Translations under genes and position numbers: made by a program
Notes under the pieces: generated by a model
What the model was told of the DNA's origin: nothing
What the model saw: the letters and a program-made list of their open reading frames with translations, nothing else
Databases searched by the model: none
Source: Syntrophales bacterium
Lineage (GTDB): Bacteria > Desulfobacterota > Syntrophia > Syntrophales > UBA4778
Reading direction: 5' to 3'
Assembly (NCBI GenBank): GCA_963665615.2
Contig: CAXXQE010000001.1
Location: 327,151 to 391,150, forward strand
Length of the DNA stretch: 64,000 nt
In this document: piece after piece, positions 55,901-64,000 of the stretch
Layout of the letters: each line of letters begins with the position of its first letter
How positions within the stretch are numbered: the first letter of the stretch is position 1

Positions 55901-56062
55901 CTGTCCGTTAAAGAAAGGCCTCCGTTATTACGCAGGTCATTTTTTCAAGATCATCTGGTTTTTTCATGTTTTGCGCTATGTGATCGATAGGTGACATATT
56001 TAAAGCGCTTACAGCGCTGCTCCAAACATGTCTTTTGATGCGCAGCCACGCAGGAATCTGCT

Positions 56063-56548
56063 TCAGTCTTCCTCATCCTTAATAACGATATCGATAATTT
56101 CCAACTCGCGCATTCCTCGCGGCGTGTTTACCGTTACGACATCGCCGATTTCCTTGCCGATTAATGCCTTGCCAATGGGGGAGGTAACAGATATCCTGTT
56201 TTTGGATATATCCGATTCGCATGGTCCCACCAATTGGTAGCGGGTGATCTCATCCGTATCGGCAGCTTGAATGGAAACAGTTGATCCGAAGACGACACGG
56301 TCGTCGGTCAGGCTTTTAAAATCGATGATTTTAGAGGTAGCCAGGTTGTTTTCGATTTCCTGGATTTTCCCGTGAATGAACGATTGACGCTCCTTGGCTG
56401 CAGCATATTCGGCGTTCTCGGAAATGTCGCCATGGGCTCTGGCCTCTTCGATTGCGCGAACGTTTTCAGGGACGGCAACTTTCTTTAAATATTCAAGCTC
56501 CTTCTTGAGCCTTTCATATCCGGATCGAGTGATCGGCATTTGGGTCAT
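56063..56548 (-). CDS. greA: Transcription elongation factor GreA
   Basis: EARAHGDISENAEY, VVFGSTV, IS..SPIGKALIG; AGGAGG RBS before ATG 56548. Confidence 0.97.
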   Translation of the reverse strand: MTQMPITRSGYERLKKELEYLKKVAVPENVRAIEEARAHGDISENAEYAAAKERQSFIHGKIQEIENNLATSKIIDFKSLTDDRVVFGSTVSIQAADTDEITRYQLVGPCESDISKNRISVTSPIGKALIGKEIGDVVTVNTPRGMRELEIIDIVIKDEED

Positions 56549-56913
56549 GGGTATACTCCTCCTAAAGCTCTTATTCCTATAATCAATCGGATTATATTTC
56601 AAGCATTTTCCATCCCTGCGAGGATTTGCCGAAGTTAGGGCTTGAACAGGTCGATGCTTTCTGTTAAATGAGTTTAACGTTTTCACCCGCGCATTCCAGC
56701 TGAGATCTGAATGCCGGCGGCACGATCTGGGTGTATTCGTAACTGAAGATTCACCGGCCTAAGCGTCGGAAAATCTCTGATCTAAAGGAAGTTGTTCAAA
56801 CATGAGTTGCTCGCTTGACTCGCAGAAGGCTGCAGGAGTTAGGCTCGCTGTTGGATGCAGGTGCTTTGATCAACAGCTCTAGATAATGGTAACCCACAGG
56901 AGCTTCCAGCAAT

Positions 56914-58455
56914 ATGATATTTACCCGGACGGTGCTTGCCTTCTTATCGGCGATTCAGATTCTCGGTCTGTTTTTTATCCATCCTGTTATTTTCGCTTCA
57001 GGCTTCCCAGTTAAGCAACCATATATTCCAGATTCGCTTCTCGACCTATATTCAGGTTACGCGGTTGTCATAGACAAAGAGGTCCAAAAACTCTATGTCT
57101 TCAGAAAAACAGATTCGATCGTTAAGGTCTTTGAGATGCCGTGTTCGACAGGGAAGAAATCTGGGGGTAAGCAGGAGCCTGGAGACGCCAAGACGCCAAA
57201 TGGAATCTATTTTGTCCAAAAGTATTACAAGGGGGATGAACTCACACCGATCTATGGTCCGCTGGCCTTTCATCTCGACTTTCCTAACGTCATCGACAGG
57301 CGTTACGGTCGCAACGGAACGAATATATGGATACACGGCACCAACAAGACACTGCAGCCGTTTCAGTCCAATGGCTGCATCGCCCTCAGAAATGAAGATA
57401 TTGGCCAACTGGCCGGGTATATTTTTTTGAATAAGACCCCGATCATCATTCAGGAGTCTGTCAAATGGGTGCCGCAGAATGAGAAGAATTCAGATCGCAC
57501 AGAGCTTGAGCGGATCATGTATACGTGGGATCGAGCGATCAATAGGGGTGATGTCAAGACGCTGACCGATCTCTATATACCTGATTCACGCGATGTGGCC
57601 AGGCAGCAAACGCTATTCAAAAAAGCGACTCATCTCCAGAGTCTCATGCCGCATTTGCAAATGTATCCAAGGGACGTCACTATTCTGAAAGAGGGCGACA
57701 CGGCGGTTATTCTTTTTGATAAAATTATTTCTGCCAAAAGTGACGGCTCCTTCCAAGGGGAGTATATTCGGCTGGCTCTGGAGAGAAAAGACAATCGCTG
57801 GTCGATTGTCGAAGATATAAAACCAGAACAGATTCTGGCGTCACGAGGCAATGAGGCGCGAAAAGAGGTAAAAGAAAAAGCCCCTTCTCAGCTGCCCAAG
57901 GTCGCCGCACAGGTCAAAGCGCCGCCAGTGCCGTCTTCTCAACGGCTGCCTGCTACCGTTCAGGTTGCCGCTGCACCGGTCGCCCAGAAGAAGGCATTGC
58001 CGCCCCCGCCTGCTGAAAAACAACCGCCGCCGCCAAAACCGGTGGAAACCAAAGTTGCGATTCCGGAGCCGCAAGAAAAGGAAAAAACGGCCACGGATAA
58101 AGCGAAAGGCCTATCGGATAAAGCCATTGTTCAGCTAGTCGAAAAGTGGGCAGAGAGTTGGGCTGCAGGCAATATGACGACGTACCGATCGTGCTTCTCA
58201 TCAGATTTCAAATCAAAGGGCATGGGGCTGGATAGATATGTTGACTACAAAGCGTCCTTGGCGCATCGTTACAAAAAAATAACCGTGCATGTGAGTAACA
58301 TCAAGATTGACTATGATGGAGACCGTCAGGCGACGGTGACATTTATCCAGAGATACAGTGCCGCTGGCGGTTTGAAGACAACGGGTGTTAAAAAGATGCA
58401 ACTCAAGCAGGTAAAGGATTCCTGGAAAATTTCTCGCGAAGTCATGTCCAAATAG
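56914..58455 (+). CDS. YkuD-family L,D-transpeptidase/carboxypeptidase with two NTF2-like domains (Csd6/Pgp2-like)
   Basis: GD.KTP.GIY, YGP.A..LDFPN..D, IWIHGT...SNGCIAL; Pro-rich linker; W..SW...Y...FS..F / V.F.Q.Y ...WKI..E tail. Confidence 0.85.
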   Translation: MIFTRTVLAFLSAIQILGLFFIHPVIFASGFPVKQPYIPDSLLDLYSGYAVVIDKEVQKLYVFRKTDSIVKVFEMPCSTGKKSGGKQEPGDAKTPNGIYFVQKYYKGDELTPIYGPLAFHLDFPNVIDRRYGRNGTNIWIHGTNKTLQPFQSNGCIALRNEDIGQLAGYIFLNKTPIIIQESVKWVPQNEKNSDRTELERIMYTWDRAINRGDVKTLTDLYIPDSRDVARQQTLFKKATHLQSLMPHLQMYPRDVTILKEGDTAVILFDKIISAKSDGSFQGEYIRLALERKDNRWSIVEDIKPEQILASRGNEARKEVKEKAPSQLPKVAAQVKAPPVPSSQRLPATVQVAAAPVAQKKALPPPPAEKQPPPPKPVETKVAIPEPQEKEKTATDKAKGLSDKAIVQLVEKWAESWAAGNMTTYRSCFSSDFKSKGMGLDRYVDYKASLAHRYKKITVHVSNIKIDYDGDRQATVTFIQRYSAAGGLKTTGVKKMQLKQVKDSWKISREVMSK

Positions 58456-58463
58456 GGGAGCGC

Positions 58464-59177
58464 ATGAACAGTGACGCCCGCGAGCGATCGCACACGTTGA
58501 CCCTGATCGTTATTGGAACCAGATGGGGGACATTGTCCTTTCAGGTTTTGCGGCGGACCGCCGCTGCGGCTGCTTGCGTCGCTCTGGTGTGCATGATCCT
58601 TGCGATTTACGGATTTGTCCGAATGACGGAATCTGGAGGGAAACCTTCGGTTGACACATTGCTGAAAACCCAAAAAGACATCAAGTCGGCACTTCTCCAG
58701 CAGCAAATGGATAATGCAACCCTTCGGGAGAAGCTTCGACGACTTGAAAATCAATACATTTCCATCGGCCAGAGACCGCCACGGGATGAGATTCCAGCGA
58801 GCACGCCGGTTTATTCGGGCGATCAGTCCAAGCAGTCTTGGGAAATAACCATTGACAAGTTCAAAATGGTCTATCGTGAGGGCGGGTATCATTTTCAGTT
58901 CACTCTCAAGACAGCTGAAGAGAAAAAGGGAAAGACTACGGGTTATATTTTTATTCTGCTGCCACCCGATCGTTCCTACCCCGCGGCGACCATCCGCAAC
59001 GGAAAGCCAATCAATGTGAAAGAGGGTGATCATTTTGCGATTCTTCGGCAAAAGATCATTGCTGGAGTCATTACCAAGGTGGTTGATCCCAAGGCCTATG
59101 AACGGGCAGAGCTCGTCATTTACTCTGAGGAAGGCGCTCTGATTTTTCATAAGGCTTATTTGCTGAAGGATCTTTAA
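58464..59177 (+). CDS. Hypothetical membrane-anchored coiled-coil protein
   Basis: 237-aa ORF with GGGGAG RBS, one TM, coiled coil, beta-rich C-terminus; operon-like spacing. Confidence 0.7.
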   Translation: MNSDARERSHTLTLIVIGTRWGTLSFQVLRRTAAAAACVALVCMILAIYGFVRMTESGGKPSVDTLLKTQKDIKSALLQQQMDNATLREKLRRLENQYISIGQRPPRDEIPASTPVYSGDQSKQSWEITIDKFKMVYREGGYHFQFTLKTAEEKKGKTTGYIFILLPPDRSYPAATIRNGKPINVKEGDHFAILRQKIIAGVITKVVDPKAYERAELVIYSEEGALIFHKAYLLKDL

Positions 59178-59238
59178 GAACGGCCAAGACGTTGACCAGT
59201 CAGCGTAACGATTTCTATGCGATCATGGAGGCGGGTGA

Positions 59239-59604
59239 TTGAAAATCAATAGGGACAATGTATCCATTGTTCAAGCGGGTTGTCAGATTGAAGGCATGCT
59301 GAAGTTTTCCGGGTATCTGATTGTAGCCGGTACGATCAAAGGGCAACTGGAGGCCGAAACTGTCATTACGCGTGAAGGAAGCGGCATTTCTGGAAATCTT
59401 CATGCTCAATCGTTGTCGGTTGCTGGATTGATCGAGGGGGATATAGTCGTTGAGACTCTTTCATTGATGAAAACGGCAGATGTCAACGGGACCGTTCAGT
59501 GTGCAAACCTCATCGTTGAGGAGGGTGGGAGACTCAACGCGACAATCACTTGGTTGAACAGGGGCGATTCCGCTTCGTTGACGCCGGGCACCCCGCAGTC
59601 ATAA
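59239..59604 (+). CDS. Bactofilin (second copy)
   Basis: SIV..G..IEG.LKF.G.L.V.G.I.G ... G.IEG ... L.VEEGG.LN; TTG start after GGAGG. Confidence 0.85.
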   Translation: MKINRDNVSIVQAGCQIEGMLKFSGYLIVAGTIKGQLEAETVITREGSGISGNLHAQSLSVAGLIEGDIVVETLSLMKTADVNGTVQCANLIVEEGGRLNATITWLNRGDSASLTPGTPQS

Positions 59605-59699
59605 CGCCTTGACTTGCTGCAGACTGTCGAAGATGCACGTTCTTCCAACTATCTGCCCCCGAGCAACCCTGAGCCCCAAGAATGGTGTGTCATTCTGAT

Positions 59700-60752
59700 T
59701 TATCTGTTTATCCTGCCCCGCACCTGCCCCCCAGACCGCGGCCGCGCTGCGCTATCGGATTCGTATCCTTTAGCGGTATAAAATACCGCCTTATCGAAAA
59801 AAATGACGATGCGTTGACTGAGTTCGAGGGCCGCATAGATATCAATAGTTTTGAGCCAAACATCTCTGGCGGCTGCGTAGGTCAGGATGTGTTTTCTTAG
59901 GATGCTCCAGGAACTCAGGACTTCGCTCAACAGCAAGCCTTCACGCCTGCTGCCTCTGCCCAGCCGAACGTAAAATGCCTTGATTTCCGAGTCGGTATAA
60001 TACCTGCCGAGCCATTTCCCGAATTGCGATAGGATGCTGCGAGCTCCTTTAAACAGCCAGGACCGGTTCAGCTGCTGATATCCGACGGTTGACTGCCTGG
60101 TTACGATGTCATCGAGCCAGCGCTGGATAATGTCGCTGGCATTCGTTTCAATGATGCTAATGAGGCGATTGGAAAGCAGGTTATAAGGGGCAGGCTTGTC
60201 CTGTGGCGGTGCGACGGTAAGTGCAAAGGAATCTGCAATGGCCCATTGCTCCGCTTTTATTTGTGAAAATGTCTCGATGGCTCGCGCATTGGAGCTAAAA
60301 GCCAGCTTCGGCAAGGCGTCGATGGGAAAAAAGTCGATGTCGGTAGCGTCGCTACCCGCCAGTGGTGTACCGCTTACCGTTTCGACCTCGAAGGTCAGGA
60401 AAAGCAGGTCACCGTAAAAATAATTTCGGCAAGAGTCGACATCGATCAGGTGAACGACCCGTCCTCGAATACCTGCCTCCTCTTCAAGCTCCCTCAATGC
60501 TGCCTCTTCAATACTTTCGCCCGTTTCAGCAAAACCCGTCGGCAGACACCATAATCCGCGGTAAGGTTTGTTTCGTCGCTTAACCAACAGAATCTTGCGC
60601 TCTAAAGTGACAATGCAGGACACAACAGGAAGGGGATTCGAATAAAAAAACAGGCCGCATTTTGGGCAATAATCCCTTAATGTGTCCCCCTCGCGCCGCT
60701 TGATCGTTTTTCCGCCGCAGGTTGAGCAAAACGATCTTATCTTCTGTTTCAT
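59700..60752 (-). CDS. Zn-ribbon Nudix hydrolase fused to RsbRD_N-like helical domain
   Basis: CSTCG...CPKCG, Nudix box GFAETGESIEEAALRELEEEAG; C-terminal I...W....Y..LG...RREG..LSEV......R.......FFD.A......GYE. Confidence 0.8.
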   Translation of the reverse strand: MKQKIRSFCSTCGGKTIKRREGDTLRDYCPKCGLFFYSNPLPVVSCIVTLERKILLVKRRNKPYRGLWCLPTGFAETGESIEEAALRELEEEAGIRGRVVHLIDVDSCRNYFYGDLLFLTFEVETVSGTPLAGSDATDIDFFPIDALPKLAFSSNARAIETFSQIKAEQWAIADSFALTVAPPQDKPAPYNLLSNRLISIIETNASDIIQRWLDDIVTRQSTVGYQQLNRSWLFKGARSILSQFGKWLGRYYTDSEIKAFYVRLGRGSRREGLLLSEVLSSWSILRKHILTYAAARDVWLKTIDIYAALELSQRIVIFFDKAVFYTAKGYESDSAARPRSGGQVRGRINR

Positions 60753-61600
60753 GCCGGGTCCTTTCTTCTGGGTTTTGTGCAGATGAAAATAGCGTCGTCC
60801 TTGACAACGGAAAAACCTTGATTTGCTATAGTTCTCTTTTTTAAATGCTCCAACAGCATGCTCGCGATTTCATCCTTATTGAGAGTGGTCTGCGAAAGAA
60901 AAAAAGCTCCCTTGAAACGAAAATAGGCGCCAAGAGATGCTATATCTTCCGGGGGGAATGTGAGCGTATTAAAATAGTCGATTCGGAGGACGCTTTCGAA
61001 AGCGGGTATCAGCAAGCTTTCGCCGTTTTCGGCACAAAAGAGGCCGATAATCATTTCGATGGGCAACTGGCTTTGGTTTAGCAACCCCTTTTCTTTGAGA
61101 AGGCATTTAACCATTTCAATCAATTCAATCATGGTATTGCGACTGTGTGTAATTGCAACGAAGCAACCATCATCTTTAAGCAGATCGGCGATGCATCTGA
61201 TTGCATCCGGAAAAAAATAGAGGGCATAGCTGCAAAGGATCAGATCAAATGAAGCGGGCGGAAGGTTTGACAAGGCGCAAAGTCCATCGGCCCTGAAGTT
61301 CCCCCTCAGCCCCGCCTTTTTGCAGCTTTCAAGATAGGGGAGCTCATTTTCGGTGAGGGCGTCGAGTCCCAGAACGGAGGCGTCTAAGGGAAGGCCGTCT
61401 TTGAGCGCCTCGGTAAAGAAGCCATAGCCGCAACCGAGATCCATAACAGTGCGACAGCGCGACAGGTTGACGGAGGTCAGGGCAACACGACGTATGTCAT
61501 TTAGATTGCTGGAATAACGACGAATAATATCCGAAGCCTGTTTGTGAGCCAAAATATCGCCAAAGGTCTCGTGAACAATCGCCGCCTGCTTTTCTTCCAT
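60749..61600 (-). CDS. Class I SAM-dependent methyltransferase
   Basis: VMDLGCGYG motif I, SFDLILCSYALY; ATGA overlap with the Nudix gene. Confidence 0.88.
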   Translation of the reverse strand: MEEKQAAIVHETFGDILAHKQASDIIRRYSSNLNDIRRVALTSVNLSRCRTVMDLGCGYGFFTEALKDGLPLDASVLGLDALTENELPYLESCKKAGLRGNFRADGLCALSNLPPASFDLILCSYALYFFPDAIRCIADLLKDDGCFVAITHSRNTMIELIEMVKCLLKEKGLLNQSQLPIEMIIGLFCAENGESLLIPAFESVLRIDYFNTLTFPPEDIASLGAYFRFKGAFFLSQTTLNKDEIASMLLEHLKKRTIANQGFSVVKDDAIFICTKPRRKDPA

Positions 61601-61621
61601 AAGCTCCCCCTGTCGAAGGAT

Positions 61622-61649
61622 TAAAGAAATTGGAACGACCTTCCGAATA
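61622..61649 (+). promoter_or_regulatory. Probable sigma-28 promoter of second MCP
   Basis: TAAA-N16-TCCGAATA, same spacing as the promoter at 1229-1256. Confidence 0.6.
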
Positions 61650-61744
61650 TAAGCACGAAATCCTTACGGACTCTTCTAAAAAGGATTACATTTTATTCTA
61701 TAACATTTTTTCTTCTTATTAAATCATTGATGAGGAGCTTTGAA

Positions 61745-62890
61745 ATGACTGTTGCGACTGACTGTTTGATTCTTGCAGGCTGTGTCCTGGCGGCGATTGC
61801 CCTAAACGGAACGCTGATGAGGAAAATCTACGGGCGAAGTCTGACGAACAAATTGTATTGGTGGACGGAGCCCTCTTATATCTTCCTCACCATGGCCGTC
61901 TTTTATGTCGGGAGGGCCGGCGGCACGAACCAGCTGGCTATATTTATCATAGGTATGACGCTTGGGGGCATTTCGCCGCTCATTAATCTGCATTTTATTG
62001 GTAGAACGGTTATTCGCAAATTCGAGCGTATTTCGGATGAACTGCTTCAATCAGCTGATGAGGTAAGTCGTTCTTCTGTCCAGTTGTCTGAAATCAGCAA
62101 AAATTTAGCAGATGGCGCCTCAAGTCAGGCTGCGGGGATTGAGGAAACGTCTTCTTCTCTGGAGGAAATGTCCTCAATGACGCGCACCAATGCAGATAAT
62201 GCTGCCCAGGCAAAAACATTGATGGATAAGACCCAGATTATCATTGGAAAAGTCAACAGCCACATCATTAATATGGAAAATTCTATTGATGAAGCAATGA
62301 AAAGCAGCGAGCAAACCGGAAAGATCATTAAAACGATTGATGAGATCGCCTTCCAAACAAATTTGCTTGCACTGAATGCGGCGGTTGAAGCCGCCCGTGC
62401 GGGCGAGGCGGGCGCCGGATTTTCCGTCGTTGCCGAGGAGGTGAGAAATCTGGCGATTCGTTCGGCAGAGGCTGCCCGCAATACGGCTCATTTGATCGAA
62501 AGTACTATCAAGGCGGTTAATAGCAGCAGCGAACTGACACGTCTCACCCGAGAAGCCTTTGGGGAAAATATCGAAATCAGTGAAAAGGTCGGTCAGTTAG
62601 TGGAAGAGATTTCCGCTGCATCCAACGAGCAGGCTTCAGGTATAAGCCAGATCAATCTGGCCATTACCGAACTCGATAAAATGACCCAAAACAATGCTGC
62701 CAGTTCTGAAGAAGCTGCGTCAGCCGCAGAATTGATGAGCGCACAATCCGAAACCATTCGCTTCAATGTGGATAATCTGGTTTTATTTATTAAAGGGGAA
62801 ACGTCGTCCAGGAGCACCGATGCAATCACTATCAAACCGACGACATCTAAGGTTGCGAGCGCTTTTGCCCGAACCAAAGAGGCGGATTAA
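61745..62890 (+). CDS. Methyl-accepting chemotaxis protein with three-TM N-terminus
   Basis: [49 protein letters not shown] before ATG 61745. Confidence 0.94.
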   Translation: MTVATDCLILAGCVLAAIALNGTLMRKIYGRSLTNKLYWWTEPSYIFLTMAVFYVGRAGGTNQLAIFIIGMTLGGISPLINLHFIGRTVIRKFERISDELLQSADEVSRSSVQLSEISKNLADGASSQAAGIEETSSSLEEMSSMTRTNADNAAQAKTLMDKTQIIIGKVNSHIINMENSIDEAMKSSEQTGKIIKTIDEIAFQTNLLALNAAVEAARAGEAGAGFSVVAEEVRNLAIRSAEAARNTAHLIESTIKAVNSSSELTRLTREAFGENIEISEKVGQLVEEISAASNEQASGISQINLAITELDKMTQNNAASSEEAASAAELMSAQSETIRFNVDNLVLFIKGETSSRSTDAITIKPTTSKVASAFARTKEAD

Positions 62891-63058
62891 GAGGGTTGGA
62901 TCAAGCGCTGTATTTTAATACGCGTAAGGCGCTGCAAAGAATTTATATAAAAATAGTTTCTTCATAGATTTCATTTCAGGCGTTCGGTTGCCGCGCTCCA
63001 AACATGATACCGAACGGATACCTGCGGCAAATTTTAGAAATGATCGGTTTGGGGACTG

Positions 63059-64000
63059 TCAGTACTGCATCTCCCTGAGCTTGGACGGTTCTTGTTCATA
63101 TAGTCGGACCGCCTTGATTCCATGTTTTTTCATTCGGTGGAGCAAGGTCGATCTATGCAGACCTAATAAAGCGGCTGCGCCATCCTGACCACTCACCTTG
63201 CCGCCACTTTTCTCAAGTGCATCCAGAATCAGTGCTTTTTCATTCTCTTTAAGATTTAGATCGTTATCCACCTTGATATTAGATTGCTCCTTTAAATCAG
63301 GGAAGCTGATCTTTGTCTCTCCCATGATGGCGGCCAATTCGATCACATTGGAAAGCTCTCGGATATTTCCCGGCCAAGAATGGGCCTTCAGTTTTTCCAT
63401 TTCCGAATTAGAGATGCCTATGAACTTTTTCGAATTTTGCTTGCTGTAGAGTTTGAGAAAGTGGGTTGCCAAATGCGGGATATCTTCTTTTCTTTCTCGA
63501 AGGGGCGGCACATGGATTGGAAAAACATTTAAACGATAGAAAAGATCCGACCTGAATTTTCCGTTTGCTACCTCGTCCCCCAAGTTCTTGTTTGTCGCGG
63601 CAATCAGCCTGAAATTGGAATGCAGTATTTTTGTTCCCCCGACACGTTGAAACTCTTTCTCCTGAAGGATTCTGAGCAATCTGCTTTGCGTAGAAGGCGG
63701 CAGTTCCGAGATCTCGTCCAGAAAGATGGTTCCATTGTTTGCAAGCTCAAAGCGTCCGGCCTTGGTGTGCGTCGCGCCGGTAAAGGCTCCTTTCTCGTGA
63801 CCGAACAGTTCGCTGTCGATTAAGGTATCAGGCAGCGCAGCGCAGTTCACACGTATAAAGGGCCCCTCCTTCCTGGCACTCTCCCGATGGATGGCGCGAG
63901 CCACCAATTCTTTTCCAACCCCGGTTTCGCCGTGAATCAATACGGTCGATTGCGTCGGAGCGACTTTCCAGATCAGGGCTTGAACTTTCGTAATGGCTTT
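63059..64000 (-). CDS. Sigma-54-dependent activator (AAA+ and HTH part; 5' end outside window)
   Basis: [58 protein letters not shown]. Confidence 0.93.
   Translation of the reverse strand, partial: KAITKVQALIWKVAPTQSTVLIHGETGVGKELVARAIHRESARKEGPFIRVNCAALPDTLIDSELFGHEKGAFTGATHTKAGRFELANNGTIFLDEISELPPSTQSRLLRILQEKEFQRVGGTKILHSNFRLIAATNKNLGDEVANGKFRSDLFYRLNVFPIHVPPLRERKEDIPHLATHFLKLYSKQNSKKFIGISNSEMEKLKAHSWPGNIRELSNVIELAAIMGETKISFPDLKEQSNIKVDNDLNLKENEKALILDALEKSGGKVSGQDGAAALLGLHRSTLLHRMKKHGIKAVRLYEQEPSKLREMQY

Overview
Chromosomal segment of a Gram-negative anaerobe; gene order (mreBCD-mrdA-rodA-bactofilin-atpF'FHAGDC without atpBE), many sigma-54 activators and a CFI-box-CTERM protein suggest Desulfobacterota, probably Syntrophales-like (inference). 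Left core region (1-14150): MCP, TPR/PilZ/CheX chemotaxis-related genes, an FN3 surface protein, a frameshifted mrfA-like helicase coupled to mrfB-like exonuclease, serC-serA-purA and tRNA-Lys(UUU). From the tRNA-Lys 3' end to a 47-bp direct repeat at 32198-32244 lies an ~18-kb integrase-less genomic island. It carries a 1039-aa sigma-54 activator, a sigma-54 promoter with twin palindromic enhancer-like sites, and a catabolic/uptake cluster (SnoaL-like protein, Fe-ADH, DUF1302/DUF1329/YCF48-like/RND-MMPL module, NmrA-like protein, aryl-alcohol dehydrogenase, a Cys-mutated HgdC/BadG-type activator) plus IS3 and SDR relics. Just outside are a paralogous activator bracketed by two copies of a ~105-bp dispersed double-hairpin element (five co-oriented copies in the window) and a 9-PAS histidine kinase with a recent 399-bp triplication. 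The right core region holds tRNA-Leu, tRNA-Ala, a SurA/PpiD-like gene, the elongasome and ATP synthase operons (the latter with a structured, terminator-containing leader), greA, an L,D-transpeptidase/bactofilin cluster, a methyltransferase with a Nudix-RsbRD_N-like fusion, an MCP and a third, window-truncated sigma-54 activator. No CRISPR array or rRNA was seen. All family assignments are by motif recognition by eye, not database search.
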